From an uncultured virus (IMG/VR IMGVR_UViG_3300038954_000199) (Duplodnaviria > Heunggongvirae > Uroviricota > Caudoviricetes): a stretch of DNA of 56,393 bases. The stretch is from the IMG/VR virus record IMGVR_UViG_3300038954_000199; one strand, given 5' to 3'. A program made the translations under genes and the position numbers. Under the pieces are notes generated by a model that was not told the DNA's origin, searched no databases, and saw only the letters and a program-made list of their open reading frames with translations. Below, one piece after another: positions 48,653-56,393 of this stretch (position 1 is its first letter; every line of letters starts with the position of its first letter).

Positions 48653-49417
48653 TCAGAGAATAAGTAACTGTGTTGCACGTTTAATTTTGCTTAATATACT
48701 TTGGTCTATTTCGGTTTCCCATGCCCAATCATCATATGGTATAACAGATGACAAAATAACTGGCTTACCATTCCAAGTCCTTTCTTCAATGATTGCTTCT
48801 AATTTGGAAGTTATCCAATTTGGTGCGGATTCCCTACCAAAATCATCTAATAACAAGATATCATAAGTAAGAGCCTTACTGGTGTTTTCTTCACTTCTCA
48901 AAAAATCAAAAAATAACGCACTTGTTTGAAAATGATAATTACTTATTTTCCCCAATTCTATAAGTGCTCGTACAATACCCCACATAATGGATGTTCGTCC
49001 TTTACCGTGTGTATCAGAATACACATATAATCCTTTTGTATTTGGGAAGTCTGCTACAAAATCAGTAATGATATCTTTAACTTCCTGAGAAACCTTTAGA
49101 TTCTTTAATTCAAAATCTTTGAATTTAGGTGGTATAGGATAGTAACGTAAAACATCAATCTTCTTTTGCTCTAGTCGTCGTTCTGTTTTATAGTCACAGG
49201 TAACATTTTTAATAAGACCAGATAGGATCTGGTCTTCTGAGTCCCAAGCTGCACGATAGCCCGAACATTGCTGACATTCTTTTTTTCTACAGGATTCTAG
49301 TCGTTGGAAAACCGTAAAATATTTCCAAACATTCTTTTCATTTATTTTTGTAAATTTGTTTCCGGATAACCAATCTGCAAAACCCGGTATTTGATTATAA
49401 TATTCTAGACTAGGCAA
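48653..49417 (-). CDS. DnaC/IstB-like helicase loader
   Basis: IPPKFKDFEL, KGLYVYSDTHGKGRT (variant Walker A), LLLDDFGRE, IIEER...KPVILSS; adjacent to dnaB. Confidence 0.8.
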   Translation of the reverse strand: MPSLEYYNQIPGFADWLSGNKFTKINEKNVWKYFTVFQRLESCRKKECQQCSGYRAAWDSEDQILSGLIKNVTCDYKTERRLEQKKIDVLRYYPIPPKFKDFELKNLKVSQEVKDIITDFVADFPNTKGLYVYSDTHGKGRTSIMWGIVRALIELGKISNYHFQTSALFFDFLRSEENTSKALTYDILLLDDFGRESAPNWITSKLEAIIEERTWNGKPVILSSVIPYDDWAWETEIDQSILSKIKRATQLLIL

Positions 49418-50144
49418 TTATTTCTAAACCTTTTTTGTTTAATCTGTTTTTACAAAAATATTTGTTTAATGACTTATTAGGTACACCAAGATCTTTTCCT
49501 AACCTTATTCGTATTTCTTTTTGTAACATCCGTACAATAGAACTCTTATCTTTACCTTCTACATCAATATCTATTACTTGGGGTATTTTACCTAATTGAT
49601 TCCAAAAACTATGTATGTCCGGACTATTATTTAAAATTTGAAGTATTTCATTCTTAGATCGAGAATTTAAAGAATCTTTTATAATGTCAACTGTATAAGC
49701 ATACTTAAATATTTGGGTGGTAGCATTAGGTATTACTTTATAAACATAATCATTAATAACCAAAATATCCGGATTTTCAATGAACACTTTTTTTAAGTAG
49801 GTCATTAGATTTATATATTCTCCCAAAATAGTAGGTCCGGATTTAGTTTCTTTATATTTCGTAACCATTAATGGATTTCGTACCATGTGATATTTACCAG
49901 TACGTTTAATATACTTTATGTAAAAACAATAGGGGATATTATTTTCATCTAATACTTTTGCTGCACGTATTATCTGTGTCTTTTCTACTCCCGTAAGACT
50001 CTTCCATTCAAATGGTGGATTAAGGTGAGCGTTAAAACAATCCCAAAGAGGATGTGATTGACCACTACCATAGCAAGCATTAGTCTTTATCTTAGACTCC
50101 GATTTCGGTATATTTATAATTTGATTGAGTTCATGAAATGTCAT
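49410..50144 (-). CDS. Hypothetical protein (possible replication organiser)
   Basis: 244 aa ORF at the head of the loader/helicase operon. Confidence 0.6.
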   Translation of the reverse strand: MTFHELNQIINIPKSESKIKTNACYGSGQSHPLWDCFNAHLNPPFEWKSLTGVEKTQIIRAAKVLDENNIPYCFYIKYIKRTGKYHMVRNPLMVTKYKETKSGPTILGEYINLMTYLKKVFIENPDILVINDYVYKVIPNATTQIFKYAYTVDIIKDSLNSRSKNEILQILNNSPDIHSFWNQLGKIPQVIDIDVEGKDKSSIVRMLQKEIRIRLGKDLGVPNKSLNKYFCKNRLNKKGLEIIA

Positions 50145-50153
50145 TGAGTTTTA

Positions 50154-50182
50154 AAGATACATATAATTTAAAAACAATGCAA
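50154..50182 (-). promoter_or_regulatory. Putative sigma70-type promoter (near-leaderless)
   Basis: TTGCAT-17 nt-TATCTT with 9 nt to ATG 50144. Confidence 0.5.
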
Positions 50183-50334
50183 ATTATTTTTGATCTTTTT
50201 TAATAGCAAAATATTAAAATGTTCCGCTACCATTAAAAGTACTTTTTAATTCTCCTGCTAACAAGTATCTACCAACAGGAGGGTTTTTCATATACTATCA
50301 TATTTAGAATATGTCAAGTGATTTTTTAATTATT

Positions 50335-50379
50335 CTGCCAATTCATCCCCGCCGCAAGCGGGCTGGGTTTTCTTGGCAG
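50335..50379. other. GC-rich nested hairpin resembling an IS200/IS605-type end
   Basis: Outer arms ctgccaa/ttggcag, inner cccgc-cgcaa-gcggg, context AATTCATCCCC...GGGTTTTCTTG. Confidence 0.4.
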
Positions 50380-50624
50380 TTCCCTATAACCTCTACCACT
50401 TAATTTTGAATATTAATAGTTTTAGTAACTTTAGTATCTTTAGAATATCTTTAATTACTTTAATAATATTAATTATAGTTTTTACTACTATTAATTTTTA
50501 AAGATATAATGTTATAATGTATTTTTTATTAACTACTTTTTATATTAATGTTCATAATAAATATGAGTAAACCAATAACACTACATGTATTAGAAAAAGA
50601 GAAAACATGCACTCTTATATATAT
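50380..50624. other. Very AT-rich non-coding tract with degenerate 9-11-mer repeats; candidate replication origin
   Basis: tttagtaac/tttagtatc/tttagaatatc/tttaattac/tttaataat at about 50420-50468; part of the largest non-coding gap in the window. Confidence 0.45.
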
Positions 50625-52355
50625 TTAAAAAAGAGAGATTTCAGAACCACCGGCTGAAAATAAGTCTAATGGATTAGAATATCTACAAACTCTACTGTTT
50701 AATAAAGAATCCTTTTTTGAAGGATTATCTTGTATAATTCTATCACCATTTTTAGAATACTTTATTAGCGGATCGAAATCTACCCATGCTTTTGGATTAG
50801 ATGATGGATTACATACACCATTTTTCCAAATTGCAAAGGCTTTTCCAATATCTGATTTCTTAGATGTGTACGTCTTTAATTGTCCTTTGATTGGAACAAA
50901 TCTCGGATTCTCTAATTTTTCATTAAAGACCGGAGATACCGCTCTCCACCGTTTTATAAATTTTGGACTCAATCGTAAGACGCTACACCTCTTAGATTTC
51001 TTCCATTGGAATCTTTCAGAGGAAAAAGCGTTACCTTCTTGTCTGTAAACTGCTTTATTAGTAATTTTAAATTTTTTAAGTTTTTCTATTTTATTTAATG
51101 TAGTAGAACTAAAATGCCCTAACATGTCTGGAGTTAATCTAGTAAAATTGAATCGTTTGTATAATGTGGTAGATCGTTGTTCATAACTTATTTGAGTTTT
51201 GGGTGCTACCAACACATTCTGAGCTATTCTCGTACGACATATAGGGTAATTAATAGACGATATAAAGGTTTCGTATAGAAAAGCCCTTTGATTAAATCCT
51301 GAGCTATTTAAAAGGCTTATAAAGCCTGTATCCACTTTGGCAGTGCGTGGAAAATGGATATCGAAAAATGGTCTCCATGTTCCGTGCATTTTTATAGCTT
51401 CTTCTGGGTCGATGTTTTTAGTATCAAAGGTTATTTTAGTACTGATGTATTTTTTTGTGCATACTTTTCTAATATATTTTGGTTGATTACCTTTTTTTGC
51501 TCTGGCATTCCAAGCTGCTTCTGCTTTTGAGACATATGTTTGTTGAGACCGTAATTTAATAATATTGTCTTTTATATCTTGTGGATATTTTGGATTACCT
51601 TCGATATCAATCATTCCGATTTTTTGTAATTTTAATAGTATAGACTTTACTTTTTTCTTTGCTCTACCTCTCAAATAGGCTTTGAGAAATTCACATACAT
51701 GGGATGCTTTAGCAATTGGAAATCGTCGGGATTTTTTCATGTATGTCATAATAGCAAAATATAAATAGAACTCTGCTATGTGTCTATTTCGTAGAGTTAC
51801 CATTGCAAATATAGAATCAATATATGCAATTGATCTTGTTTTTGGAAGATCATAAATGGTTTTGTTTTTTGTACCGTGACACAAATTTGATACGGAAGAG
51901 TTGCGAAACCTACCCATTGTTAAATGTTTGAGTTTGGTTCCGTAATGGTAATCGTCCCACACATCTTTTATATTTTGTTCTTCTTGATAATAATCTTTGA
52001 ATGTTTTGTGTGGTTTTGTTCCCTGTTTACAGAATTTTTGAATATCTTCCTCGAAATCCATATTCCATTCGTTATAATCATGGTCCAGATATACTTTTGA
52101 ATCAGAAAAGTAGTCTTGTTTGTTTAATTTTATTTTTCTGCGGGTATTTCGGGAAGCACTTACGGATTCGAAACTTTCAAGAACATTGTATGAAAAGGTT
52201 TCTTTTTGGATTATTTTATATTTGAAATCATATATTTTGTTTAGCTTATCATAATGATCATCGAATGAATACAGATATACCGGTCCATATTCTGTAATTA
52301 TGGACAGTCTATAGTTATTATTTTTGGGTTTTATATCAGCTATTTCGCCGATCAT
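50625..52355 (-). CDS. Large basic protein with OB-like N-terminus and winged-HTH-like segments (putative initiator/origin-binding protein)
   Basis: Lys/Arg-rich; KVKSILLKLQKIGMIDIE and ICRTRIAQNVLVAPKTQISYE resemble wHTH helices; adjoins the AT-rich tract. Confidence 0.4.
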   Translation of the reverse strand: MIGEIADIKPKNNNYRLSIITEYGPVYLYSFDDHYDKLNKIYDFKYKIIQKETFSYNVLESFESVSASRNTRRKIKLNKQDYFSDSKVYLDHDYNEWNMDFEEDIQKFCKQGTKPHKTFKDYYQEEQNIKDVWDDYHYGTKLKHLTMGRFRNSSVSNLCHGTKNKTIYDLPKTRSIAYIDSIFAMVTLRNRHIAEFYLYFAIMTYMKKSRRFPIAKASHVCEFLKAYLRGRAKKKVKSILLKLQKIGMIDIEGNPKYPQDIKDNIIKLRSQQTYVSKAEAAWNARAKKGNQPKYIRKVCTKKYISTKITFDTKNIDPEEAIKMHGTWRPFFDIHFPRTAKVDTGFISLLNSSGFNQRAFLYETFISSINYPICRTRIAQNVLVAPKTQISYEQRSTTLYKRFNFTRLTPDMLGHFSSTTLNKIEKLKKFKITNKAVYRQEGNAFSSERFQWKKSKRCSVLRLSPKFIKRWRAVSPVFNEKLENPRFVPIKGQLKTYTSKKSDIGKAFAIWKNGVCNPSSNPKAWVDFDPLIKYSKNGDRIIQDNPSKKDSLLNSRVCRYSNPLDLFSAGGSEISLF

Positions 52356-52693
52356 TATCGAATACGATCTCGAATCATGTTTTGTATTCCCAGTTTGTGT
52401 GCGTGTAATCCGCTTTCAATAAGATGCTCAATAGTTTCTTTTGTTCTATCTATACCCGCGTTTTCAAATGCTTTTTTTAACTTCTTATTCGCGTCACAAC
52501 TCTTTAATATATATCCCGTGGCATATGATTTCTTTTCTTTATCCGTGGCGTGCAAACTTTTAGCTATAGATAAACCGTCTTCGATCAATCCTTGTATACG
52601 TTCGGCATTTGCTAATAATGACCTATTACGATGCTCAAGATAAATCTTTGCTATGTACACTAACAAAGCAACAATAAGTGTTATAAGTTCCAT
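52355..52693 (-). CDS. Holin-like membrane protein (LL-H family pattern)
   Basis: Single N-terminal TM helix, then KEKKSYA...AGIDRTKETIEHLIESGL. Confidence 0.55.
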   Translation of the reverse strand: MELITLIVALLVYIAKIYLEHRNRSLLANAERIQGLIEDGLSIAKSLHATDKEKKSYATGYILKSCDANKKLKKAFENAGIDRTKETIEHLIESGLHAHKLGIQNMIRDRIR

Positions 52694-52717
52694 TATTAAT
52701 CCTTTGTTTTTAAATCG

Positions 52718-53140
52718 TTAATCTTCTATTTGTGGAGTTGCTGCTTCTCTTTCCAGGTAGACAAATGCGGTGGTAGACACGGCACAATCCAAGGCTTTTT
52801 GAAAGTTTGAGTATTTGTGAATAACTTTGAAGACTGCGAGAAGAACATCTTCTTTGCCTAATTTTATTGTTAAATCTTTTATTGTGCATTCTTCAATACA
52901 GGCGAGTTCTTTATCAGAAGGGTCTACCACTTTCATTGTCCAAACGCCGGACTGCTCACCACATTTTATGGATTCCCAACAATTTGTTTGGAATATGATA
53001 TGTTCCAGATCTTTTGAGTAGTTTGAAAATACTCCTGGTCCGATAATAGCAGTGAATTGCGTAGTTACTGAGGAGTCTTCTTTTTTCTTATCTTCAATAA
53101 CGGCGGATTGGTTGATTCGTGCATTCAAATTGATTTTCAT
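52718..53140 (-). CDS. Hypothetical protein
   Basis: 140 aa ORF with GAAAGG SD. Confidence 0.65.
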   Translation of the reverse strand: MKINLNARINQSAVIEDKKKEDSSVTTQFTAIIGPGVFSNYSKDLEHIIFQTNCWESIKCGEQSGVWTMKVVDPSDKELACIEECTIKDLTIKLGKEDVLLAVFKVIHKYSNFQKALDCAVSTTAFVYLEREAATPQIED

Positions 53141-53167
53141 AATAAGCCTTTCAGGTTTTATAAGGTT

Positions 53168-53476
53168 TTAGTTTTGTCTGTATTTGGAACCATCTGAATT
53201 ACCGGTAAATTCTGATGCTTTATTGATAGCGGGTTTTATTTTAAGTACACGTCCGCCATACTCTATAGCTTCTCCGTCTATGAACTTTGTTACTTCTTTT
53301 TCGGGTACTACTATAAATGCAAATCCACGAGACTTTCCGGTTTCTCGGTCGATAACAATGTTAGCCCGGAGTACTTTACCCACGTCCCGAGTGAGATCTT
53401 CTTTTAATTCTTCCCATTTTGTGCTGTACGGTAAATTACCTACGTATAATTTTCGTACTGGTGAGGTAGTAATCAT
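53168..53476 (-). CDS. Single-RRM RNA-binding protein (bacterial Rbp type)
   Basis: RNP-2 KLYVGNLPYS; RNP-1 DRETGKSRGFAFI; GRVLKIKPA; AGGAG SD. Confidence 0.93.
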   Translation of the reverse strand: MITTSPVRKLYVGNLPYSTKWEELKEDLTRDVGKVLRANIVIDRETGKSRGFAFIVVPEKEVTKFIDGEAIEYGGRVLKIKPAINKASEFTGNSDGSKYRQN

Positions 53477-53497
53477 GAAAACTCCTGATTATTTAAA

Positions 53498-53869
53498 TTA
53501 CTTTATTATTAAATTTAGTGAATTATGTTCTTGTTTTTGTTTTAGGTATTCATGTAAAAATCCTTGTATATTAAATAGGCAGGCGCAAGCCAAATCCTCT
53601 GTTGAGACTATGTCACCGTTGTTATATATGGTTATTCCTTTGTAAGACCTCCATAGGTCTATAAAGTGTCGAAATAATGATTTAATATAGCACTCTTTAG
53701 GAACACCTTTTTTCCAATTGTCACTACTTCTAATATTGCCGTCTGCTTGATATCTGTGTTTTGTCATATATTCAGCGAATCTAGGTATTACTAATTCTGA
53801 TAAAAAACCGTCATAATCAGGTTTGGATTTGTCAGTATCTCTTGTAGCACCGGTTTCAAAGGTTCTCAT
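53498..53869 (-). CDS. DUF5664-like dATP/dGTP diphosphohydrolase-domain protein
   Basis: FETGATRD..KPDY, DNWKKG.P, SLFRH and EDLACACLFN match the family pattern. Confidence 0.75.
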   Translation of the reverse strand: MRTFETGATRDTDKSKPDYDGFLSELVIPRFAEYMTKHRYQADGNIRSSDNWKKGVPKECYIKSLFRHFIDLWRSYKGITIYNNGDIVSTEDLACACLFNIQGFLHEYLKQKQEHNSLNLIIK

Positions 53870-53871
53870 TT

Positions 53872-55227
53872 TTAATCCTTTATTGAGTTTACCAAACGAG
53901 CATATTCGGAATTGTGTTTTGTTAGGTAATCCACGGATCGTTTTATTATCTCAAGCTGTTTGTCATTCATATTGAATGAGGTTGGTAGAGAATTAAATTT
54001 TTTGTATAAATCACTTTTTAAGTGTCTTGGAGATATTTCGATTAGATAAGGTTTTTCAATCTGTTCTAGGGCAGGATCCATTCCTGTCTTTTTTGCTTGT
54101 TGAGCTAATTTCCATACATCATCTAAATATTTTTTAAGTTCTGAGATCCGTTCGTTGGATAGAATGTTCATTGCGGTTGTTGTCGTGTAAAGTATAACAT
54201 CTATACTAGTTGGGGGACTTTGTTCTGTACAAGAGGAATCATATTTTATTGTACCGGCATCTACTACCAGAACGATTAATTTTTTTAGGGGTTTTTTAGA
54301 ATTATTAATGGCTCTGTTTATTATTCCATTTGTTTTACACTCATCTAAAATTCTTTTAATTCCTGTGTTACCGGCAATTCCACCATCTTGATTGTGTATC
54401 CATTTATTTTTTTTGTTGTTTAGGAAATCTCGTAATTTAAGATAAGTGTAGTTGTCAATTTGTTTTTGGTTTCTGTAAGCTCTTTTGTAATTGTAATCTT
54501 TAAGAAGTGAATCCTGTGGTAGTGTAGACCCGTAATTTTTAAGTGTCATTGCTGGGAACGCTGCAGGAAATGCAGAAGATGCGGCGCAAGCATATCCAAT
54601 GGGATAAGATTTTGCATCAGACGATAAATATTTAAAATGGTTTGGGTATACAAAGTGAGTACCTTCAGCGAGAAGAGTTGAATTTATAAATATCTTTGGG
54701 TAAGATAAAGATCCAAATGTTACATGATTGAATAGTTTATCATAATATTCAGAAGCTAGATTTACCCTTGAATAATATGGAGAGAGTAAATAAGGCCAGT
54801 TCCAAGGCCAGAACATTCTAAAAACCAAAGATGCTTGAATATTAGTTTTTACAATGTTATGAAAATCTTCCCAATTATAACGGTATATTGGTAGTGCTGC
54901 TACTACGAAGGAACCTCCGGACACACCAGACGCAATATCGACTTCCTGAAGAAGTGTTTGTTGTTTATAGGATACCTGGGATAACTTTTTCATTACATAA
55001 TATCCCATGGCCATTGCTCGGGATCCGCCTCCTGAGAATGTGGTCGCAAACATAATTTGGGGATCTTGTGTTGTATCTCTATATTCAATATCTTCAATAT
55101 TTTCAATATCTTCAATATTTTCAATATCTTCAATATTGTCAATCGGTATAAAGTCTATTGGTTTATTGTATTTTGGTGTACAGCTTAACAGTGCTATTAG
55201 ACATAATGATAGTAATTTTAATCCCAT
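53872..55227 (-). CDS. Patatin-like phospholipase, predicted lipoprotein
   Basis: Lipobox LLSC at Cys16; oxyanion SGGGSRA; nucleophile GVSGG; ASSAFP; catalytic DGG. Confidence 0.9.
   Translation of the reverse strand: MGLKLLSLCLIALLSCTPKYNKPIDFIPIDNIEDIENIEDIENIEDIEYRDTTQDPQIMFATTFSGGGSRAMAMGYYVMKKLSQVSYKQQTLLQEVDIASGVSGGSFVVAALPIYRYNWEDFHNIVKTNIQASLVFRMFWPWNWPYLLSPYYSRVNLASEYYDKLFNHVTFGSLSYPKIFINSTLLAEGTHFVYPNHFKYLSSDAKSYPIGYACAASSAFPAAFPAMTLKNYGSTLPQDSLLKDYNYKRAYRNQKQIDNYTYLKLRDFLNNKKNKWIHNQDGGIAGNTGIKRILDECKTNGIINRAINNSKKPLKKLIVLVVDAGTIKYDSSCTEQSPPTSIDVILYTTTTAMNILSNERISELKKYLDDVWKLAQQAKKTGMDPALEQIEKPYLIEISPRHLKSDLYKKFNSLPTSFNMNDKQLEIIKRSVDYLTKHNSEYARLVNSIKD
55084..55143 (-). repeat. 9-bp degenerate tandem repeat (about 6 copies) encoding IEN/IED tether
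   Basis: Alternating ttcaatatc/ttcaatatt on the + strand. Confidence 0.9.
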
Positions 55228-55457
55228 ATTAATTGTGTTCCTGTTCGTTTGTTTTCAAATATTCTTACAAAGACGGCTTCTACGTCGTGTGCATAAGGAC
55301 CATTTATTGAGATTGTCTGAATCCCGAAATAATCTGAGAATTTATCTTCGATTCCATTATCTTTAAGCGCTTGTTGTAACGATTCTCTATTAACGGAATT
55401 AACATCATCATTATTTAATTTAATTCCTAATTTATTTATCCATTTATAATTTGTCAT
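55218..55457 (-). CDS. Hypothetical protein
   Basis: 79 aa ORF overlapping the patatin start. Confidence 0.6.
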   Translation of the reverse strand: MTNYKWINKLGIKLNNDDVNSVNRESLQQALKDNGIEDKFSDYFGIQTISINGPYAHDVEAVFVRIFENKRTGTQLIWD

Positions 55458-55496
55458 TTCTTATCTCTTTCAATATTTTTTTATTTTTTTGGTAGG

Positions 55497-56078
55497 TTAA
55501 AGATTTATGTCTACTACCAATGGATCAGAGTAGGTCGTGTTTTCAAGATCAATGGTTGTCTCTTGATCTTCTACTCGGACATCAATAGTTCCTTCATCCA
55601 GTTTGATAATACCATTTGTATAACCGTTTTGAATGCCGTCAATGTAAATGGGAAGGTCCTGCTTTTTTCCTTCTTTGGTAGCTTTTACAAATAAATACTG
55701 CATATTGGTATCCTCTATGTTAATTAATGGTTGGTCTCCAGTTTTCCAGGGATTATCGAAACTAACACCTATTTGTTCAGACCAATTTCTTGTTTTTGGG
55801 GTATTCTTTTGGTTTCTCCAAGCAAACCAGTGTCGTATTACTTGATGCATATCGTATAATATACGAGCATTATCACTGATTTGCGTATTTACGATTCCAT
55901 AACTTGCATTATTATTTAATTCTGGAAACCACGAATTTTTAATATCTAACATTCTTTCTCGGGGTAATTTATGAAATTCCTCCAGTTCTTGTACTTGTCC
56001 TGCGTACAATCGTGAACATATATCACACATTCTTGATATTAACTTAGCCTGTTTATCAGTTATGGTTAACTTTATCAT
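55497..56078 (-). CDS. Hypothetical protein with C-terminal PEGA-like domain
   Basis: C-terminal PIYIDG...GYTN..IKLDEG...VRV; internal GAGGA-7 nt-ATG at 55703. Confidence 0.6.
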   Translation of the reverse strand: MIKLTITDKQAKLISRMCDICSRLYAGQVQELEEFHKLPRERMLDIKNSWFPELNNNASYGIVNTQISDNARILYDMHQVIRHWFAWRNQKNTPKTRNWSEQIGVSFDNPWKTGDQPLINIEDTNMQYLFVKATKEGKKQDLPIYIDGIQNGYTNGIIKLDEGTIDVRVEDQETTIDLENTTYSDPLVVDINL

Positions 56079-56393
56079 TAATTATTACCTTTCCAGCTAG
56101 CAATTGGCAAGTGACAGATATTACAAACTACGTAAATTCTGTGCTTATCTTCTTTTTTTGTAATGCTACAAATTTTTTTACAATTAAAACAATATTCTGT
56201 ACCAAAGATAGTTTGAAAAGACCGTTCTATTATGGTTAACTTTATCATTAATTATTACCTTTCCAACTAGCAATTGGCAAGTGACAGATATTACAAACTA
56301 CGTAAATTCTGTGCTTATCTTCTTTTTTTGTAATGCTACAAATTTTTTTACAATTAAAACAATATTCTGTACCAAAGATAGTTTGAAAAGACC
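56060..56393. repeat. Tandem duplication with 170-bp period at the window end
   Basis: 56060..56223 matches 56230..56393 except g/a at 56096/56266. Confidence 0.93.
56078..56248 (-). CDS. 56-aa zinc-ribbon-like protein (not in ORF track)
   Basis: Translated by hand: MIKLTIIERSFQTIFGTEYCFNCKKICSITKKEDKHRIYVVCNICHLPIASWKGNN; two CxxC motifs; TAATG coupling. Confidence 0.5.
   Translation of the reverse strand: MIKLTIIERSFQTIFGTEYCFNCKKICSITKKEDKHRIYVVCNICHLPIASWKGNN

Noticed and set aside
2060..55845. Many short antisense or nested ORFs in the track (e.g. 2172..2510, 9427..9867, 18363..19704, 32218..32652, 37638..38063, 53184..53645)
   Set aside because: They are shadows of longer motif-bearing genes, and there is no independent sign that they are coding.
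1..56393. Stop-codon reassignment as seen in some large phages
   Set aside because: Conserved genes are full length in code 11, and both TAG and TGA end genes at tight overlaps with the next start.
56060..56393. End repeat as a phage terminal repeat or circularisation overlap
   Set aside because: The copies are adjacent to each other and do not match the start of the window.

Overview
AT-rich fragment of a large, probably uncultured contractile-tailed (myovirus-like) dsDNA phage, read in standard code 11, with two convergent gene blocks. The + strand block (1-26445) is a tail module: probable tube C-terminus, chaperone pair, tape measure, hub with a LysM-like insert, spike, gp25-like, baseplate J, wedge and fibre proteins, a GC-richer receptor-binding cassette, and a giant Ser/Cys-linker adhesin. 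The - strand block (26511-56393) is replication, recombination and host takeover: 5'-3' exonuclease, NusG-like factor, SbcCD, IF-1, UDG-PolA fusion, beta-like clamp, DnaX, RecA, SSB-like, primase, Hel308/Ski2-like helicase, DnaB, DnaC-like, a putative initiator beside an AT-rich origin candidate, a holin-like protein, an RRM protein, a DUF5664-like protein and a patatin lipoprotein. The most unusual items are (i) a phage protein with a signal peptide and a T9SS-type C-terminal sorting domain, (ii) a fibre-anchor paralogue split over two ORFs at a poly-Ser/Cys tract, (iii) a NusG paralogue, terminators and a triple-hairpin leader that may form an antitermination system, and (iv) a mosaic replisome. 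All calls come from motif recognition by eye; no searches were run.
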